Shown: positions 19,064-30,493, numbered from the stretch's first letter. The stretch is DNA of 64,000 bases from Mycobacteriales bacterium (GCA_038329965.1 JBBQNN010000004.1:30037-94036); one strand, 5' to 3'. Numbers and translations: made by a program. The notes: generated from the letters alone by a model not told the origin.

Positions 19064-19570
19064 ATGACCGAACCCACCCGCCTCGACCCGCCGTTCGTCG
19101 CCGCCGAGCGCGAGATGCTCGACAACTGGCTCGACTACCACCGGGACACGCTGGCGCTGAAGTGCGCCGACCTCACCCCGGAGCAATTGCGCGAGCGGTC
19201 GGCACCACCCTCGACGCTCAGCCTCCTCGGGCTGGTCCGGCACATGGCCGAGGTGGAGCATGCCTGGTTCCAGAACCGCCTGCGCGGCCAGGGTGAGGGC
19301 TACCTCTACTGCTCCGACGCCAACCTCGACGGCGACTTCGACGACGTCGACACCGCTGACGTGACCGAGGCGTTCGCGACCTGGCGGCTCGAGTGCGCCA
19401 AAGCGCGCGAAGCCGCCGCCGAGGCCGACTCGCTCGACGTGATCGCCGACGCGGCCCAGGGCAAGATCTCCTTGCGCTGGATCATGGTCCACATGATCGA
19501 GGAGTACGCCCGGCACAACGGCCACGCCGACCTGCTGCGCGAGCGGATCGACGGTGCGACCGGTGATTAG
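19064..19570 (+). CDS. DinB/DUF664 family protein
   Basis: 'EREMLDNWLDYHR', 'SLLGLVRHMAEVE', 'HMIEEYARHNGHADLLRERIDG'. Confidence 0.93.
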   Translation: MTEPTRLDPPFVAAEREMLDNWLDYHRDTLALKCADLTPEQLRERSAPPSTLSLLGLVRHMAEVEHAWFQNRLRGQGEGYLYCSDANLDGDFDDVDTADVTEAFATWRLECAKAREAAAEADSLDVIADAAQGKISLRWIMVHMIEEYARHNGHADLLRERIDGATGD

Positions 19571-20285
19571 TGCCTCGGCGCGACGACGCGTCGGCGCTCT
19601 GGGCCTCGCGCTCACCATCGCCACGCTGCCGGCGTGCACGAGCAGCAAGAAGGCAGCCGGCGGCAGCCCCGACAAGGCCAGGGCGATGCTGGCCGACGCC
19701 AAGTCCCAACTCGACGCCGCCTCCGGCGTGCGCTTCGTCCTGACCAGCTCCGACGTGCCGCGCGGCACGGGCTCGCTCACCGGCGGCAAGGGCGTCGCGG
19801 CGCGGCCCGACCGGTTCAAGGGCGATCTCACGGTCAACTTCGCCGGCGCCCAGGTCTCGGTCGGTGTCATCGCGATCGGCGGCAAGACGTACGCGAAGCT
19901 GCCGTTCACCAGTTCCTACACGGTCACCGATCCGGCGAAGTTCGGCGTCGGCGACCCGGGCCGCCTGCTGGACCCGCACACCGGCGTCAGCAACCTGCTG
20001 CTCGCGGCCAAGAACCCCCAACTGGGCAAGAAGTCGCGGCTCGGCGGCGAGGTGATCCAGGAGATCACGGCAACCATCCCGGGGGCCGCCGTCAAGACAC
20101 TGCTGGCCAGCGCCGACGCGACCAAGGACGTCGCGGTCACCTTCGGCCTGGTCTCGAAGACCAGCCAGCTCAGGCGGGCCGTCGTCACCGGCCCCTTCTT
20201 CAAGGCCGGCGTCAACAGCACGTACACGATCGTTCTGGACCACTACAACGACCGGGTCGACATCCGTGCGCCCAGCACGAGCTGA
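19563..20285 (+). CDS. LppX/LprAFG (LprG-like) lipoprotein
   Basis: Signal peptide with lipobox 'LPAC'; 'DPGRLLDPHTGVSNLL', 'VTGPFF'; directly upstream of an MFS gene. Confidence 0.85.
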   Translation: MISASARRRVGALGLALTIATLPACTSSKKAAGGSPDKARAMLADAKSQLDAASGVRFVLTSSDVPRGTGSLTGGKGVAARPDRFKGDLTVNFAGAQVSVGVIAIGGKTYAKLPFTSSYTVTDPAKFGVGDPGRLLDPHTGVSNLLLAAKNPQLGKKSRLGGEVIQEITATIPGAAVKTLLASADATKDVAVTFGLVSKTSQLRRAVVTGPFFKAGVNSTYTIVLDHYNDRVDIRAPSTS

Positions 20286-22050
20286 GCACGCCGTCGCGGC
20301 GCCACCCGCCGCACCGCGGGCGCTGGTCACCCTCGCCGCCCTCGCCGTGCTGCTCGCGGCCGCCGACGCCTACGTCGTCGTCCTCGCGCTGCCCGACATC
20401 ATGGCCGGCGTCGGCCTCGACCTGACGGAATTGCAGCGAGCCGCCCCGATCGTCAGCGCCTTCCTGCTCGGCTACGTCGCCTGCCTGCCGCTGATCGGCC
20501 GGCTGTCCGACCTGTACGGCCGGACCCCGGTGCTGGTCGGCGCGCTGGCGGTGTTCGCCGTCGGCTCGCTGTTCACCGCGAGTGCCCACGGGCTGGGCGT
20601 CGTCGTCGCAGGGCGGGCACTGCAGGGGGTCGGCGGTGGCGGCCTGGTGCCGGTCACCCTCGCCCTGGTGGCCGACCGCTGGCCGGCCGAGCGCCGCGGG
20701 ATCCCGTTGGGTGCGGTGGGCGCGGCCCAGGAGGCGGGCAGCGTGCTCGGGCCGCTGTACGGCGGCGCGGTGCTCGCCGTGACCAGTTGGCGGGCCATCT
20801 TCTGGGTCAACCTGGCCGGCGCGGTGCTGCTGGGCCTGCTCCTCCTGGGCGTCTCGGCGGCCGGGCAGCCGGCCGAGCAGCCGGCCGGATCGCCGGCTCG
20901 ATCGGGCCACCGGCCGCGGCTGTCCGTTCGCCCGCTGCCGGGCCTGCTGGGTGCCTTGGCCCTCACCGCCCTGCTGCTGCTGGTGACCGCCCCCACCGCG
21001 CTGACCACGTCGGTGCGGCTCGGCGCGGCGTACGTGCCGCTGCGTGCCGGGGCCGGCTGGTCCTCGCCGCTGTTCCTGGCGACGGCCGGCCTGGTCGCCG
21101 GCTGGCTGGCAGCGGTCGCGCGCCCGGCAACCCTCCGCCGGCTGGTCGCGGCGGCCGACGTGCCCGGCGCCGTCCTGCTCGGGCTGGGCCTGGCGGGCCT
21201 GGTGCTCGCCTTCGCGGGCGCCGATCCGGCCCGCGGCGCCGTATCGGATCAGGCGCCGGTCCTGCTGGCCGCGACGGCGGTCTGCCTCGCGGTGTTCGTC
21301 GTACGGCAGCGCCGCGCGGACCACCCGCTGGTGCCAGGTGCCGCCGTCCGCCCGGTCGCGGCATGGGGGTCACTGGCGGTCAACATGTTCGTCGGCGCGG
21401 CTCTGGTGGCGGCCCTCGTCGACATCCCGATCTTCGCCCGGGTGACCCGATACCCGGGCTCGCAGCTGGGCGCCGCCCTCGTCCTCGTCGAGTTGCTCGC
21501 GGCGCTCCCGGTCGGGGCCCTGCTCGGCGGGGTGCTCTGCCACCGGCTGACGCCCCGCTGGATCGCCTCGGCCGGCATGGCCCTGTCGACTGCGGGGTTC
21601 GCGGTGATGACCTCGTGGCAGCCGGATGCTCTGAACGGGCCGCGCAGCACGGTGACGCTGGTGCTGACCGGACTGGGGTTCGGGCTGGCGATAGCCCCGG
21701 TCAACGCCGCGCTCCTCGCCGCGACCGAGGCCGGCGTGCACGGGGTCGCCTCGGCACTGGCCGTGGTGGCCCGGACGGTCGGGATGCTGGTCGGCCTGTC
21801 GGTGCTGACCGCCGTCGGACTGCGGATCTTCTACGCCGAGCAGCGCCGGATCGCCAGCCCGTTGACACTGTGCCCGACGACACCGGCGGACTGCCCGGCC
21901 TACCGAGCCGCGACGAAGGCCGCCGTCCTCGCCGAGCTGCACGCGACCTTCTGGGGCGCCGCGATCTGCGCCGCAGTCGCCGCGGCCCTGGCGGCCGTAC
22001 TGCTACGGCCACCAGGGCGGAGTGGGCAGTCCGGCGCAGGTCAGGGATAG
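20266..22050 (+). CDS. MFS transporter (Rv1410c/P55-like)
   Basis: 'AADAYVVVLALPDIM', 'LLGYVACLPLIGRLSDLYGR', 'GAAQEAGSVLGPLYG', 'LVDIPIFAR'. Confidence 0.9.
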   Translation: MRPARAEHAVAAPPAAPRALVTLAALAVLLAAADAYVVVLALPDIMAGVGLDLTELQRAAPIVSAFLLGYVACLPLIGRLSDLYGRTPVLVGALAVFAVGSLFTASAHGLGVVVAGRALQGVGGGGLVPVTLALVADRWPAERRGIPLGAVGAAQEAGSVLGPLYGGAVLAVTSWRAIFWVNLAGAVLLGLLLLGVSAAGQPAEQPAGSPARSGHRPRLSVRPLPGLLGALALTALLLLVTAPTALTTSVRLGAAYVPLRAGAGWSSPLFLATAGLVAGWLAAVARPATLRRLVAAADVPGAVLLGLGLAGLVLAFAGADPARGAVSDQAPVLLAATAVCLAVFVVRQRRADHPLVPGAAVRPVAAWGSLAVNMFVGAALVAALVDIPIFARVTRYPGSQLGAALVLVELLAALPVGALLGGVLCHRLTPRWIASAGMALSTAGFAVMTSWQPDALNGPRSTVTLVLTGLGFGLAIAPVNAALLAATEAGVHGVASALAVVARTVGMLVGLSVLTAVGLRIFYAEQRRIASPLTLCPTTPADCPAYRAATKAAVLAELHATFWGAAICAAVAAALAAVLLRPPGRSGQSGAGQG

Positions 22051-22060
22051 GTACGAGCCG

Positions 22061-23293
22061 CTATCCGTCGCCGACGGCGTGCAGGGCGATGTCGGTGCGG
22101 TGATGCGAGCCGGGCAGACCGATCCCGGCGACCCGACGGTAGGCTGCCGCACGGGCGGTGGCCAGGTCGGGGCCGGTCCCGACGACCGACAGCACCCGGC
22201 CGCCGCTGCTCACCAGGGCGCCGTCGTCGCGCCGCCGGGTGCCGCCGTGCAGCACGCCGTCGATGTCGGCGCCGGTGATCTCGTCACCGGTCCGCGGCGC
22301 TTCGGGATAGCCCTTGGCGGCGATCACCACGGTCACCGCAGCACCGTCGCGCCACCTCAGCGAGCTGATCGTGGCCAGCTCGCCACGAGCGGCGGCCAGC
22401 AGCACGCCGGCCAGCGGAGTCTCCAGCAGGGGCAGCACCACCTGCGTCTCCGGATCGCCGAACCGGGCGTTGAACTCCACCACCCGCATGCCCCGGCTGG
22501 TCAGTGCCAGCCCGACATAGAGCAGGCCGGCGAACGGCGTGCCGCGGCCGGTCAGCTCGCGCAGGGTGGGCGCCACGACATCGCGCACCACCTCGTCGAC
22601 CAGCCCGGCCGGTGCCCACGGGAGCGGGGCATAAGCGCCCATGCCGCCGGTATTCGGGCCGGTGTCACCGTCGCCGACCCGCTTGAAGTCCTGGGCGGGC
22701 AGCAGCGGCAGGACCGCCGTGCCGTCGGTGACGCAGAACAGCGACACCTCCGGCCCGTCGAGGTACTCCTCGATCACCACCCGGCCGCGGCGCCGGGCGT
22801 GGGCCGTGGCGGCGGCCCGGTCGTCGGTCACCACCACGCCCTTGCCGGCGGCCAGCCCGTCGTCCTTCACCACGTACGGCGGCCCGAGCCGGTCCAGCGC
22901 CTCGGCGACCTCCTCGGCCGTCTCGCAGGTCGACGACCGAGCCGTGGGCACCCCGGCCGCGGCCATCACCTGCTTGGCGAAGTCCTTGGAGCCCTCGATC
23001 CGGGCCGCCGCCGCCGAGGGGCCGAAGCAGGCGATGCCGCGCTCACGGACCCGGTCGGCAGCACCCGCGACCAGTGGCCCCTCAGGGCCGATGACGACCA
23101 GCTCGGCGCCCACCTCGGTGGCGCAGGCGGCGATCGCCGCCGGGTCACCCACGTCGAGCGGGCGGGTCTCGGCCAGGCCGGCGATGCCGGCGTTGCCGGG
23201 CGCGCAGACCAGGGCGGTGACCAGCGGATCGTCAGCCAGCGAGCGGCACAGGGTGTGTTCCCGGGCACCTGAGCCGACCACGAGCACGCGCAC
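22061..23293 (-). CDS. purD: Phosphoribosylamine-glycine ligase
   Basis: 'GSGAREH', 'APGNAG', 'DGLAAGKGV', '[12 protein letters not shown]', '[10 protein letters not shown]'. Confidence 0.97.
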   Translation of the reverse strand: MRVLVVGSGAREHTLCRSLADDPLVTALVCAPGNAGIAGLAETRPLDVGDPAAIAACATEVGAELVVIGPEGPLVAGAADRVRERGIACFGPSAAAARIEGSKDFAKQVMAAAGVPTARSSTCETAEEVAEALDRLGPPYVVKDDGLAAGKGVVVTDDRAAATAHARRRGRVVIEEYLDGPEVSLFCVTDGTAVLPLLPAQDFKRVGDGDTGPNTGGMGAYAPLPWAPAGLVDEVVRDVVAPTLRELTGRGTPFAGLLYVGLALTSRGMRVVEFNARFGDPETQVVLPLLETPLAGVLLAAARGELATISSLRWRDGAAVTVVIAAKGYPEAPRTGDEITGADIDGVLHGGTRRRDDGALVSSGGRVLSVVGTGPDLATARAAAYRRVAGIGLPGSHHRTDIALHAVGDG

Positions 23294-23364
23294 TCGGCGA
23301 GGATATCGACACGGCCTACCGCCATCGTGCCTGCCCTGGGAAGCCCCCTGCCCAGGGACTGCGC

Positions 23365-23656
23365 GTGGTGAGCGGTCGCTACCGCCTGCCCGCGCGGATC
23401 GGCCAGGGCGGCATGGGCGTCGGGTGGCAGGCCCACGACGACCTGCTCGGCCGTACGGTCGCGGTCAAGGAGTGCCCAGTTGTGGATCGTGCTGCAGTTC
23501 GTGCCGGCCGACAGCCTCGCCGACGTGATCCGCGACCGCGGATTCCGGGCCGATTCGACCCGCTACGAGATCACGATGTCCACCCCGGCGGCCCGGTGGG
23601 CGGACGCGTTGGGCTACTTCACCATTGCCACGTCCACCTTCAGACTGGACCCGTGA
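23365..23656 (+). pseudogene. Internally deleted, frameshifted Ser/Thr kinase remnant
   Basis: Frame 1 '[33 protein letters not shown]'; from 23477 a second frame reads '[59 protein letters not shown]'. Confidence 0.85.
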
Positions 23657-23696
23657 GCGGCTGAGCGACTCCCACCACACAGGTATGGTGCCCGGC

Positions 23697-25100
23697 ATGG
23701 GCCAGCCCCCGGCGGAGGAATCGCGCGAGGAAGCACGCGTTATCGGGGGACGCTACCGGCTGCTGCACCAGTTGGGTCAGGGCGCGATGGGCCCGACGTG
23801 GCGGGCCGACGACGACCTGCTCGAATGCGCCGTGGCCATCAAGCAGGTGGTGCTGCCCCGCCGGTCCCGAGACCGGGCCGAGCTGCACGAGCGCATCCTG
23901 CGGGAGTCCCGGGCCGCGGCCCGGCTCGTCCATCGCCACACCGTCACCGTGCTCGATGTGATCGAGGACGGCGGCCAGCCGTGGATCGTGACCGAGCTGC
24001 TCGCCGCCGAGAGCCTCGCGGGGCTGGTCGGACGCGCCGGTCCCCTGCCGTCGCCCCGGGTCGCCGAGATCGGTCTCGCCCTGCTCGGCGCCCTCGATGC
24101 CGCGCACGCGTTGGGCATCGTGCACCGCGACGTCCGGCCGGGCAACGTGCTGCTGGGCACCACCCGGATCGTGCTGGGCGACTTCGGCACCGCGACCCTC
24201 GACGGCGACCCGGCCTACACCGCACCGGAGCGAGAGCAGGGGCACCCACCTGGGCCGGCCGGCGACCTGTGGTCCCTCGGGGCCACGTTGCACTTCGCGG
24301 TGCAGGGCCGGCCGCCAGGGGACGGTACGCCCGCCGCGCGCGCCGACGGACCCCTCGAAGCGCTGCTCGACGGCCTCCTGCAGTGCGACCCCGAGCGCCG
24401 ACTCGACGCGGCCGGTGCCCGCAGGCTGCTCAGCGACTCCCCCGAACAGCCGGCGGTCGAGGAGCCCGTAACGCAGGAGCGGATCGTCGAGGAGCCGGTC
24501 CAACAGCCTGCCCAGGCCGCTCCACCCCCGCCGCAAGTCCCGCCGGCGGCTCCGGTCGCGTCATCCCGCCGCCGGCTACGCGCGCGGGTCCTGGGGGCCG
24601 GCCGCCCGGCGGCGGCCCCCGCGGCGACGGCCCCCGCCACGGCCGGTCCCCCGACCGCACCGCCGGCCGGGGGTCCGGCGTTGACGCAGTTCACCAGCGA
24701 GGCCGGCTGGCGCGTGGCGATTCCTGCGGGCTGGCGCAGCGACGGCCTGGGCGCCGGCAACTACACCTTCCTCGACCCGTCGGGGGCTGTGGCCATCACG
24801 ATCCGCAGCGCACCCGCTACCGACGACGACCCGCTGGCCGAGTTGAAGGCGAGATACGAGTCGGCGCAGGACCAGGGTTCGCAGGCCCACTACCTCGGTA
24901 CGGTCCCCTATCGCGGCTTCCCCGCCGCCGACTACGACCACACCGATCTCCGGGCCGGCGGCCCGCCCCAACGCGGCCGGGCGCGCAACTTCATCGTGGG
25001 CGTCCGGAGGTACGAGATCTCGGTGACCGCACCCGCCGACCGGTGGGGCGAGGGCGGGCCGTGCTTCGCCGGAGCCACCGACACCTTTGTCCCTGTCTGA
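23697..25100 (+). CDS. Divergent Ser/Thr kinase-like protein (activation loop and TM missing) with PsbP-like C-terminal domain
   Basis: GQGAMG, VAIK, HRDVRPGN, DFG retained; 'DFGTATLDGDPAYTAPE' lacks the activation segment; C-terminus homologous to that of the 25188 kinase. Confidence 0.8.
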   Translation: MGQPPAEESREEARVIGGRYRLLHQLGQGAMGPTWRADDDLLECAVAIKQVVLPRRSRDRAELHERILRESRAAARLVHRHTVTVLDVIEDGGQPWIVTELLAAESLAGLVGRAGPLPSPRVAEIGLALLGALDAAHALGIVHRDVRPGNVLLGTTRIVLGDFGTATLDGDPAYTAPEREQGHPPGPAGDLWSLGATLHFAVQGRPPGDGTPAARADGPLEALLDGLLQCDPERRLDAAGARRLLSDSPEQPAVEEPVTQERIVEEPVQQPAQAAPPPPQVPPAAPVASSRRRLRARVLGAGRPAAAPAATAPATAGPPTAPPAGGPALTQFTSEAGWRVAIPAGWRSDGLGAGNYTFLDPSGAVAITIRSAPATDDDPLAELKARYESAQDQGSQAHYLGTVPYRGFPAADYDHTDLRAGGPPQRGRARNFIVGVRRYEISVTAPADRWGEGGPCFAGATDTFVPV

Positions 25101-25187
25101 CAGCTATGGTGCCGTGCCCCCGGCGCCTTCGATGGTCAGCCCCCATCGTTAGCGTGATCCGCGCCCGGCCGGGGTAGGGAACCCGGC

Positions 25188-26888
25188 ATGGGTGGCTCCT
25201 CCGGCATAGACGCACGTGTCATCGGCGACCGCTACAGCTTGATCGAGCGTGTCGGCCGGGGCGGCATGGGGACCGTGTGGAGCGCGCACGACTCCGTCCT
25301 CAGCCGTACGGTCGCCGTCAAGGAGGTGGACCTCCCTCTGGTGCACGAGGACGAGCGGGCGGCGCTGCGCGAGCGAACCATGCGCGAGGCCCGTACGGCA
25401 GCGCAGTTGAGCCACCCGAACGCCGTCACCGTCTACGACGTCGTGGAGGAGGACGGCAAGCCCTGGATCATCATGCAACTGGTGGCGGCGGACAGCCTCG
25501 CCGACGTCATCCGGGACACCGGCCCGCTGCCGCCTGGCCGGGTCGCCGAGATCGGGCTGGCCGTCCTCGATGCCCTCCAGGCCGCGCACGCCGCCGGGAT
25601 CCTGCACCGCGACGTCAAGCCGGGCAACGTGCTGATCGGCCACGACGGCCGGGTGGTGCTGACCGACTTCGGCATCGCCACACTGGAAGGCGACTCGTCC
25701 CTGACCAGCACCGGGATGCTGCTCGGCGCGCCGGCCTACATCGCACCGGAGCGGGCCCGAGGGCTGCGGCCGGGGCCGGCCTCCGACCTGTGGTCGCTCG
25801 GCGCCACCCTCTACACCGCCGTCGAGGGGCGCCCGCCGTACGAGCGCGACACCCCGCTGGCGACGGTGACCGCGTCGATGACGGAGGGCCCGCCACCCGT
25901 CGTCCTTGCCGGGCCACTGGCCGACATTCTGCGCGGACTGCTCGAACCCGATCCCGATTACCGGCTGGCCGCCGCCCGGGCGCGCGACCTCCTCCAGCAG
26001 GTCGCGTCCGAGCGGCCGGTGGTCGAGGAGCCGCCGGGGCCGCCGGATCCGCCGACCGAGGAGATCCCCGTGCCGGGGGCGGTCGAGGCCGCGAACCGTA
26101 CCCAGGTCATTCCCCGGCCTGACCCGCCGAGCGCGCCACCCCCGGTCCACCAGTGGGAGCCGGCCGGGCGGCCGGCGCCCGTCCCACCCGTGCGACCGGC
26201 CCGCCGGCGGCCCGACGCCCGGCGGCTCCTGCTGGCCTTCCTGCTCGTCGTCGCGGTGGCGGCGGCGGTCGCCCTGGTCCTGCTGCTGCGCGCAGTCGAC
26301 CGGCAGAACCAGCAGGTGAACCCACCCAAGGCAACCACGAAGGCGGCCGTGCCGGGCTCGTCAGCGGCCAAGCCGACCCCCTCGGCCGGCAGCAGCAGCG
26401 GTGCCAGCAGCAGCAGCGGCGGCGGGTCGTCGGCGGCCGGCGTGCCGGTCGGCTTCAAGCGCTACACCGACCCCTCCGGCTTCAGCGTCGCCGTACCACA
26501 GAACTGGCAGCAGACCGCGCCCACCGGCTCGGCCAACGACGGGCAACTGAACTTCGTCGACCCGACGAACTCCGCCCGCTTTCTGCGGTTCGGCTACACC
26601 ACCCATCCCAAGGACGACGCGGCCGCCGACTGGAGGCAGCAGGAGAAGAAGCTGCAGAAGAGGGAGCCGAGCTACCGGCGGATCTCCATCACGCCGGTCA
26701 ACTACCGCGGCTGGCCGACGGCGGCCGACTGGGAATTCCGGCTCGGCAGCACCCATGTTCGCAACCGCGGCTTCAAGGTCGACGACTCACACGGCTACGC
26801 GATCTACCTGTCGGCCCCGGAATCGATGTGGAGCGACAGCCTGCACTACTTCGACGTCGCCGCCAGCACCTTCCAGCCCGCGCACTAG
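25188..26888 (+). CDS. Ser/Thr protein kinase with TM helix and extracellular PsbP/Mog1-like domain
   Basis: GRGGMG, VAVKE, HRDVKPGN, DFG, APE; TM 'LLLAFLLVVAVAAAVALVLLL'; 'YTDPSGFSVAVPQNW...AADWEF'; fold assignment is inference. Confidence 0.92.
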   Translation: MGGSSGIDARVIGDRYSLIERVGRGGMGTVWSAHDSVLSRTVAVKEVDLPLVHEDERAALRERTMREARTAAQLSHPNAVTVYDVVEEDGKPWIIMQLVAADSLADVIRDTGPLPPGRVAEIGLAVLDALQAAHAAGILHRDVKPGNVLIGHDGRVVLTDFGIATLEGDSSLTSTGMLLGAPAYIAPERARGLRPGPASDLWSLGATLYTAVEGRPPYERDTPLATVTASMTEGPPPVVLAGPLADILRGLLEPDPDYRLAAARARDLLQQVASERPVVEEPPGPPDPPTEEIPVPGAVEAANRTQVIPRPDPPSAPPPVHQWEPAGRPAPVPPVRPARRRPDARRLLLAFLLVVAVAAAVALVLLLRAVDRQNQQVNPPKATTKAAVPGSSAAKPTPSAGSSSGASSSSGGGSSAAGVPVGFKRYTDPSGFSVAVPQNWQQTAPTGSANDGQLNFVDPTNSARFLRFGYTTHPKDDAAADWRQQEKKLQKREPSYRRISITPVNYRGWPTAADWEFRLGSTHVRNRGFKVDDSHGYAIYLSAPESMWSDSLHYFDVAASTFQPAH

Positions 26889-26896
26889 GCGAGCCG

Positions 26897-28192
<1,296 letters not shown>

Positions 28193-28200
28193 CTACGCGG

Positions 28201-29067
28201 GTGGACACGCTCCTCCTGACCTCGCCCGGTGCCGGATCGGCTTCCGGGTCGGAGTTGGACGCCGCGCGGGGGGTGCTTGCCGAGGACGGCGCGGTCGAGA
28301 CGGCTGAGACGTCTTCGCGGGAGTCCCTCGACGCCGCGTTGGACCGGGTGGCCGACCGGCGGCTGGTGCTGGCCGGCGGCGACGGCAGCCTGCACGAGCT
28401 CGTCAAGCGGCTGTGGCGCCGGGGGTCGCTGGCAGACGTGCCGGTTGGCCTGCTGCCGATGGGCACCGGCAACGACTTCGCGCGCTATCTCGACCTGCCG
28501 CTGGACGCGGAGGGGGCGGCGCGTGTCGTACTGACGGGGCGGCCCCGCTGGCTGGACCTGATCCGCAGCGACGGCGGCGGCGGAGTGGTGGTCAACGCGG
28601 TGCATCTGGGCCAGGGCGCGGAGGCGGCCGAGCGGGCCGGCGCACTCAAGGGCCGGCTGGGCCGGCTGGCCTATCCGGTGGGGGCGGTGGCCTCGCTCTT
28701 CGGCCCGCACGGCTGGCACCTGCACGTCAACGTCGACGACGAGGTGATCGCCGACGGCAGCCACAAGCTGCTCATGGTGGCGATCGGCAACGGGTCGAGC
28801 ATCGGCGGCGGCGCCCCGGTGTTCCCGGACGCCGACGCCGGGGACGGCGCCCTCGACGTGCTCGTCCTGGGGCCGGTCGGGTCGGGTGGGCCCGGCACCG
28901 GCGGCCAGGCGTTCCGCCTGGTCCGGCGGGCCCGCGGCCGGGCGGTCACCATCACGCCGAGCAAGGGCGTCGAGGTCGAGGTCAACGCCGACGGCGAGCT
29001 GGGCAAGTTGAAGGCCCGGCGGTCGTGGTGGGTCGAGCCGTCGGCCTGGTCGGTCATCTGCCCCTGA
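28201..29067 (+). CDS. Diacylglycerol/lipid kinase family protein
   Basis: 'AGGDGSL', 'LPMGTGNDFAR', 'GNGSSIGGG', 'DGALDV', 'NADGE'. Confidence 0.9.
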   Translation: MDTLLLTSPGAGSASGSELDAARGVLAEDGAVETAETSSRESLDAALDRVADRRLVLAGGDGSLHELVKRLWRRGSLADVPVGLLPMGTGNDFARYLDLPLDAEGAARVVLTGRPRWLDLIRSDGGGGVVVNAVHLGQGAEAAERAGALKGRLGRLAYPVGAVASLFGPHGWHLHVNVDDEVIADGSHKLLMVAIGNGSSIGGGAPVFPDADAGDGALDVLVLGPVGSGGPGTGGQAFRLVRRARGRAVTITPSKGVEVEVNADGELGKLKARRSWWVEPSAWSVICP

Positions 29068-29149
29068 CCCCGGTCGCGCAGGACGACCCGCCCCCGCTCG
29101 CCACGTCCCTCTCCGCTCGGTCTGGACCGGCGTGGCCGGGAACCTCACA

Positions 29150-29572
29150 TCAGGAGGACATCGCATCGGCGGCGACCGGATCGCTGTCGCGCAGGAGTTG
29201 GGTGCAGCGCGCCGCCTCGTCGGTCTCGTTGATCGTCATCGCCGCCCGGCCGAGGGCGAAGACGCACCGCAGCCAGCCCTGGTTGGGCTCGTGCGCCCAG
29301 GGCACCGGCCCGTAGCCCTTCCAGCCGTTGCGCCGCAGGGCATCGAGGCCGCGGTGGTATCCGGTACGGGCATATGCGTACGACTCCATCGTCGACCCGG
29401 CGGCGAACGCCCGGTCGGCCAGCTCCGCCCACACCCCGCTGAACGTGGGGAAGCGGGCCGCCACCTCGGCCGGGTCGGCACCGTCGGCAGCGAGCGCCAG
29501 GCGGGCATCGGGGACATCGGGAAGGAGGGTCTGCGGTGGCTCGCCGAGAAGGTTGCCGTGTGAGTGCGTCAT
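29150..29572 (-). CDS. DUF3151 family protein
   Basis: 'NLLGEPPQTLLP', 'YAYARTGYHRGLDALRRNGWKGYGPVPWAHEPNQG'; between fbaA and purA. Confidence 0.92.
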   Translation of the reverse strand: MTHSHGNLLGEPPQTLLPDVPDARLALAADGADPAEVAARFPTFSGVWAELADRAFAAGSTMESYAYARTGYHRGLDALRRNGWKGYGPVPWAHEPNQGWLRCVFALGRAAMTINETDEAARCTQLLRDSDPVAADAMSS

Positions 29573-29605
29573 GCGGCCCATCCTGGCAGGTGCATTGTGG
29601 GCACT

Positions 29606-30493
29606 ATGAAATCGAGTGGGCAATCCGATGGCACGCACGGCCGGCTCGTCGACGTCGGTGGCACCCGGCTGTACGTCGAGCAGCGCGGCCCCGAACACGG
29701 CCTGCCGGTATTCGTCCTGCACGGCGGGCCGGGCCTGGACCACCACGAGTTCGCCGACTACCTCGACCCGCTGGCCGACACCTCCCGGCTGCTGCTGGTC
29801 GACCAGCGGGCGCAGGGCCGGTCCGACCGCGACAGCGACCCGTCGACCTGGACGCTCGAGACCATGGCCGACGACGTGTCCCGGCTGGCCGCCATGCTCG
29901 GCCTGGGCGAGTACGCGGTCCTCGGCCACTCCTACGGTGCCTTCGTCGCCCTGCAGCATGCCTGCGACGCACCCGGCGCCGCGCTGGGCACCGTCGTGTC
30001 CGGCGGCCTGCCGTCGATGCGGTTCCTCGACGGCCTTGAGCAGCGACTGGCGGAGTTCGAGCCGGTCGAGTTGCGCGAGCAGGTGACCGGCTCGTGGGCA
30101 CGCGAGGCCGAGGCCCGCACCGCGGAGGAGTTCGCGGCGATCATGCACGACCAACTGCCCTGGCACTTCGCCGATCCACGAGACCCGAGGATCCCTGAGT
30201 ACGAAAAGAAGACGGCTGGCACCGTCTACGCCCCGGACATGCTCCGGGCGTTCAGCGGGGACTCCGGCGGCATCGACCTGGAGGGCCGCCTGCATAGCGT
30301 CACGCAGCCGGTGCTCGCGCTGGGCGGCCGGCACGACCGGACCTGCCCGCCCGCGGCCTCCGAGGTCACCGCCGCGGGTGTCCGCGACGGGCGGTGCGTG
30401 ATCTTCGAGGAGTCCGGCCACATGACGTTCGTCGAGGAGCCGGCCCGCTACGTGCAGGTCGTCGGCGACTTCCTCGCCCACCTGCAGCGTTGA
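29606..30493 (+). CDS. Alpha/beta hydrolase (proline iminopeptidase-like)
   Basis: 'LHGGPG', 'DQRAQGRS', nucleophile 'GHSYG', 'ESGHM'. Confidence 0.9.
   Translation: MKSSGQSDGTHGRLVDVGGTRLYVEQRGPEHGLPVFVLHGGPGLDHHEFADYLDPLADTSRLLLVDQRAQGRSDRDSDPSTWTLETMADDVSRLAAMLGLGEYAVLGHSYGAFVALQHACDAPGAALGTVVSGGLPSMRFLDGLEQRLAEFEPVELREQVTGSWAREAEARTAEEFAAIMHDQLPWHFADPRDPRIPEYEKKTAGTVYAPDMLRAFSGDSGGIDLEGRLHSVTQPVLALGGRHDRTCPPAASEVTAAGVRDGRCVIFEESGHMTFVEEPARYVQVVGDFLAHLQR

Noticed and set aside
25150-25185. SigB/SigF-like GGGTAG -10 element before the 25188 kinase
   Set aside because: The -35 match is poor, and such words occur often by chance in GC-rich DNA
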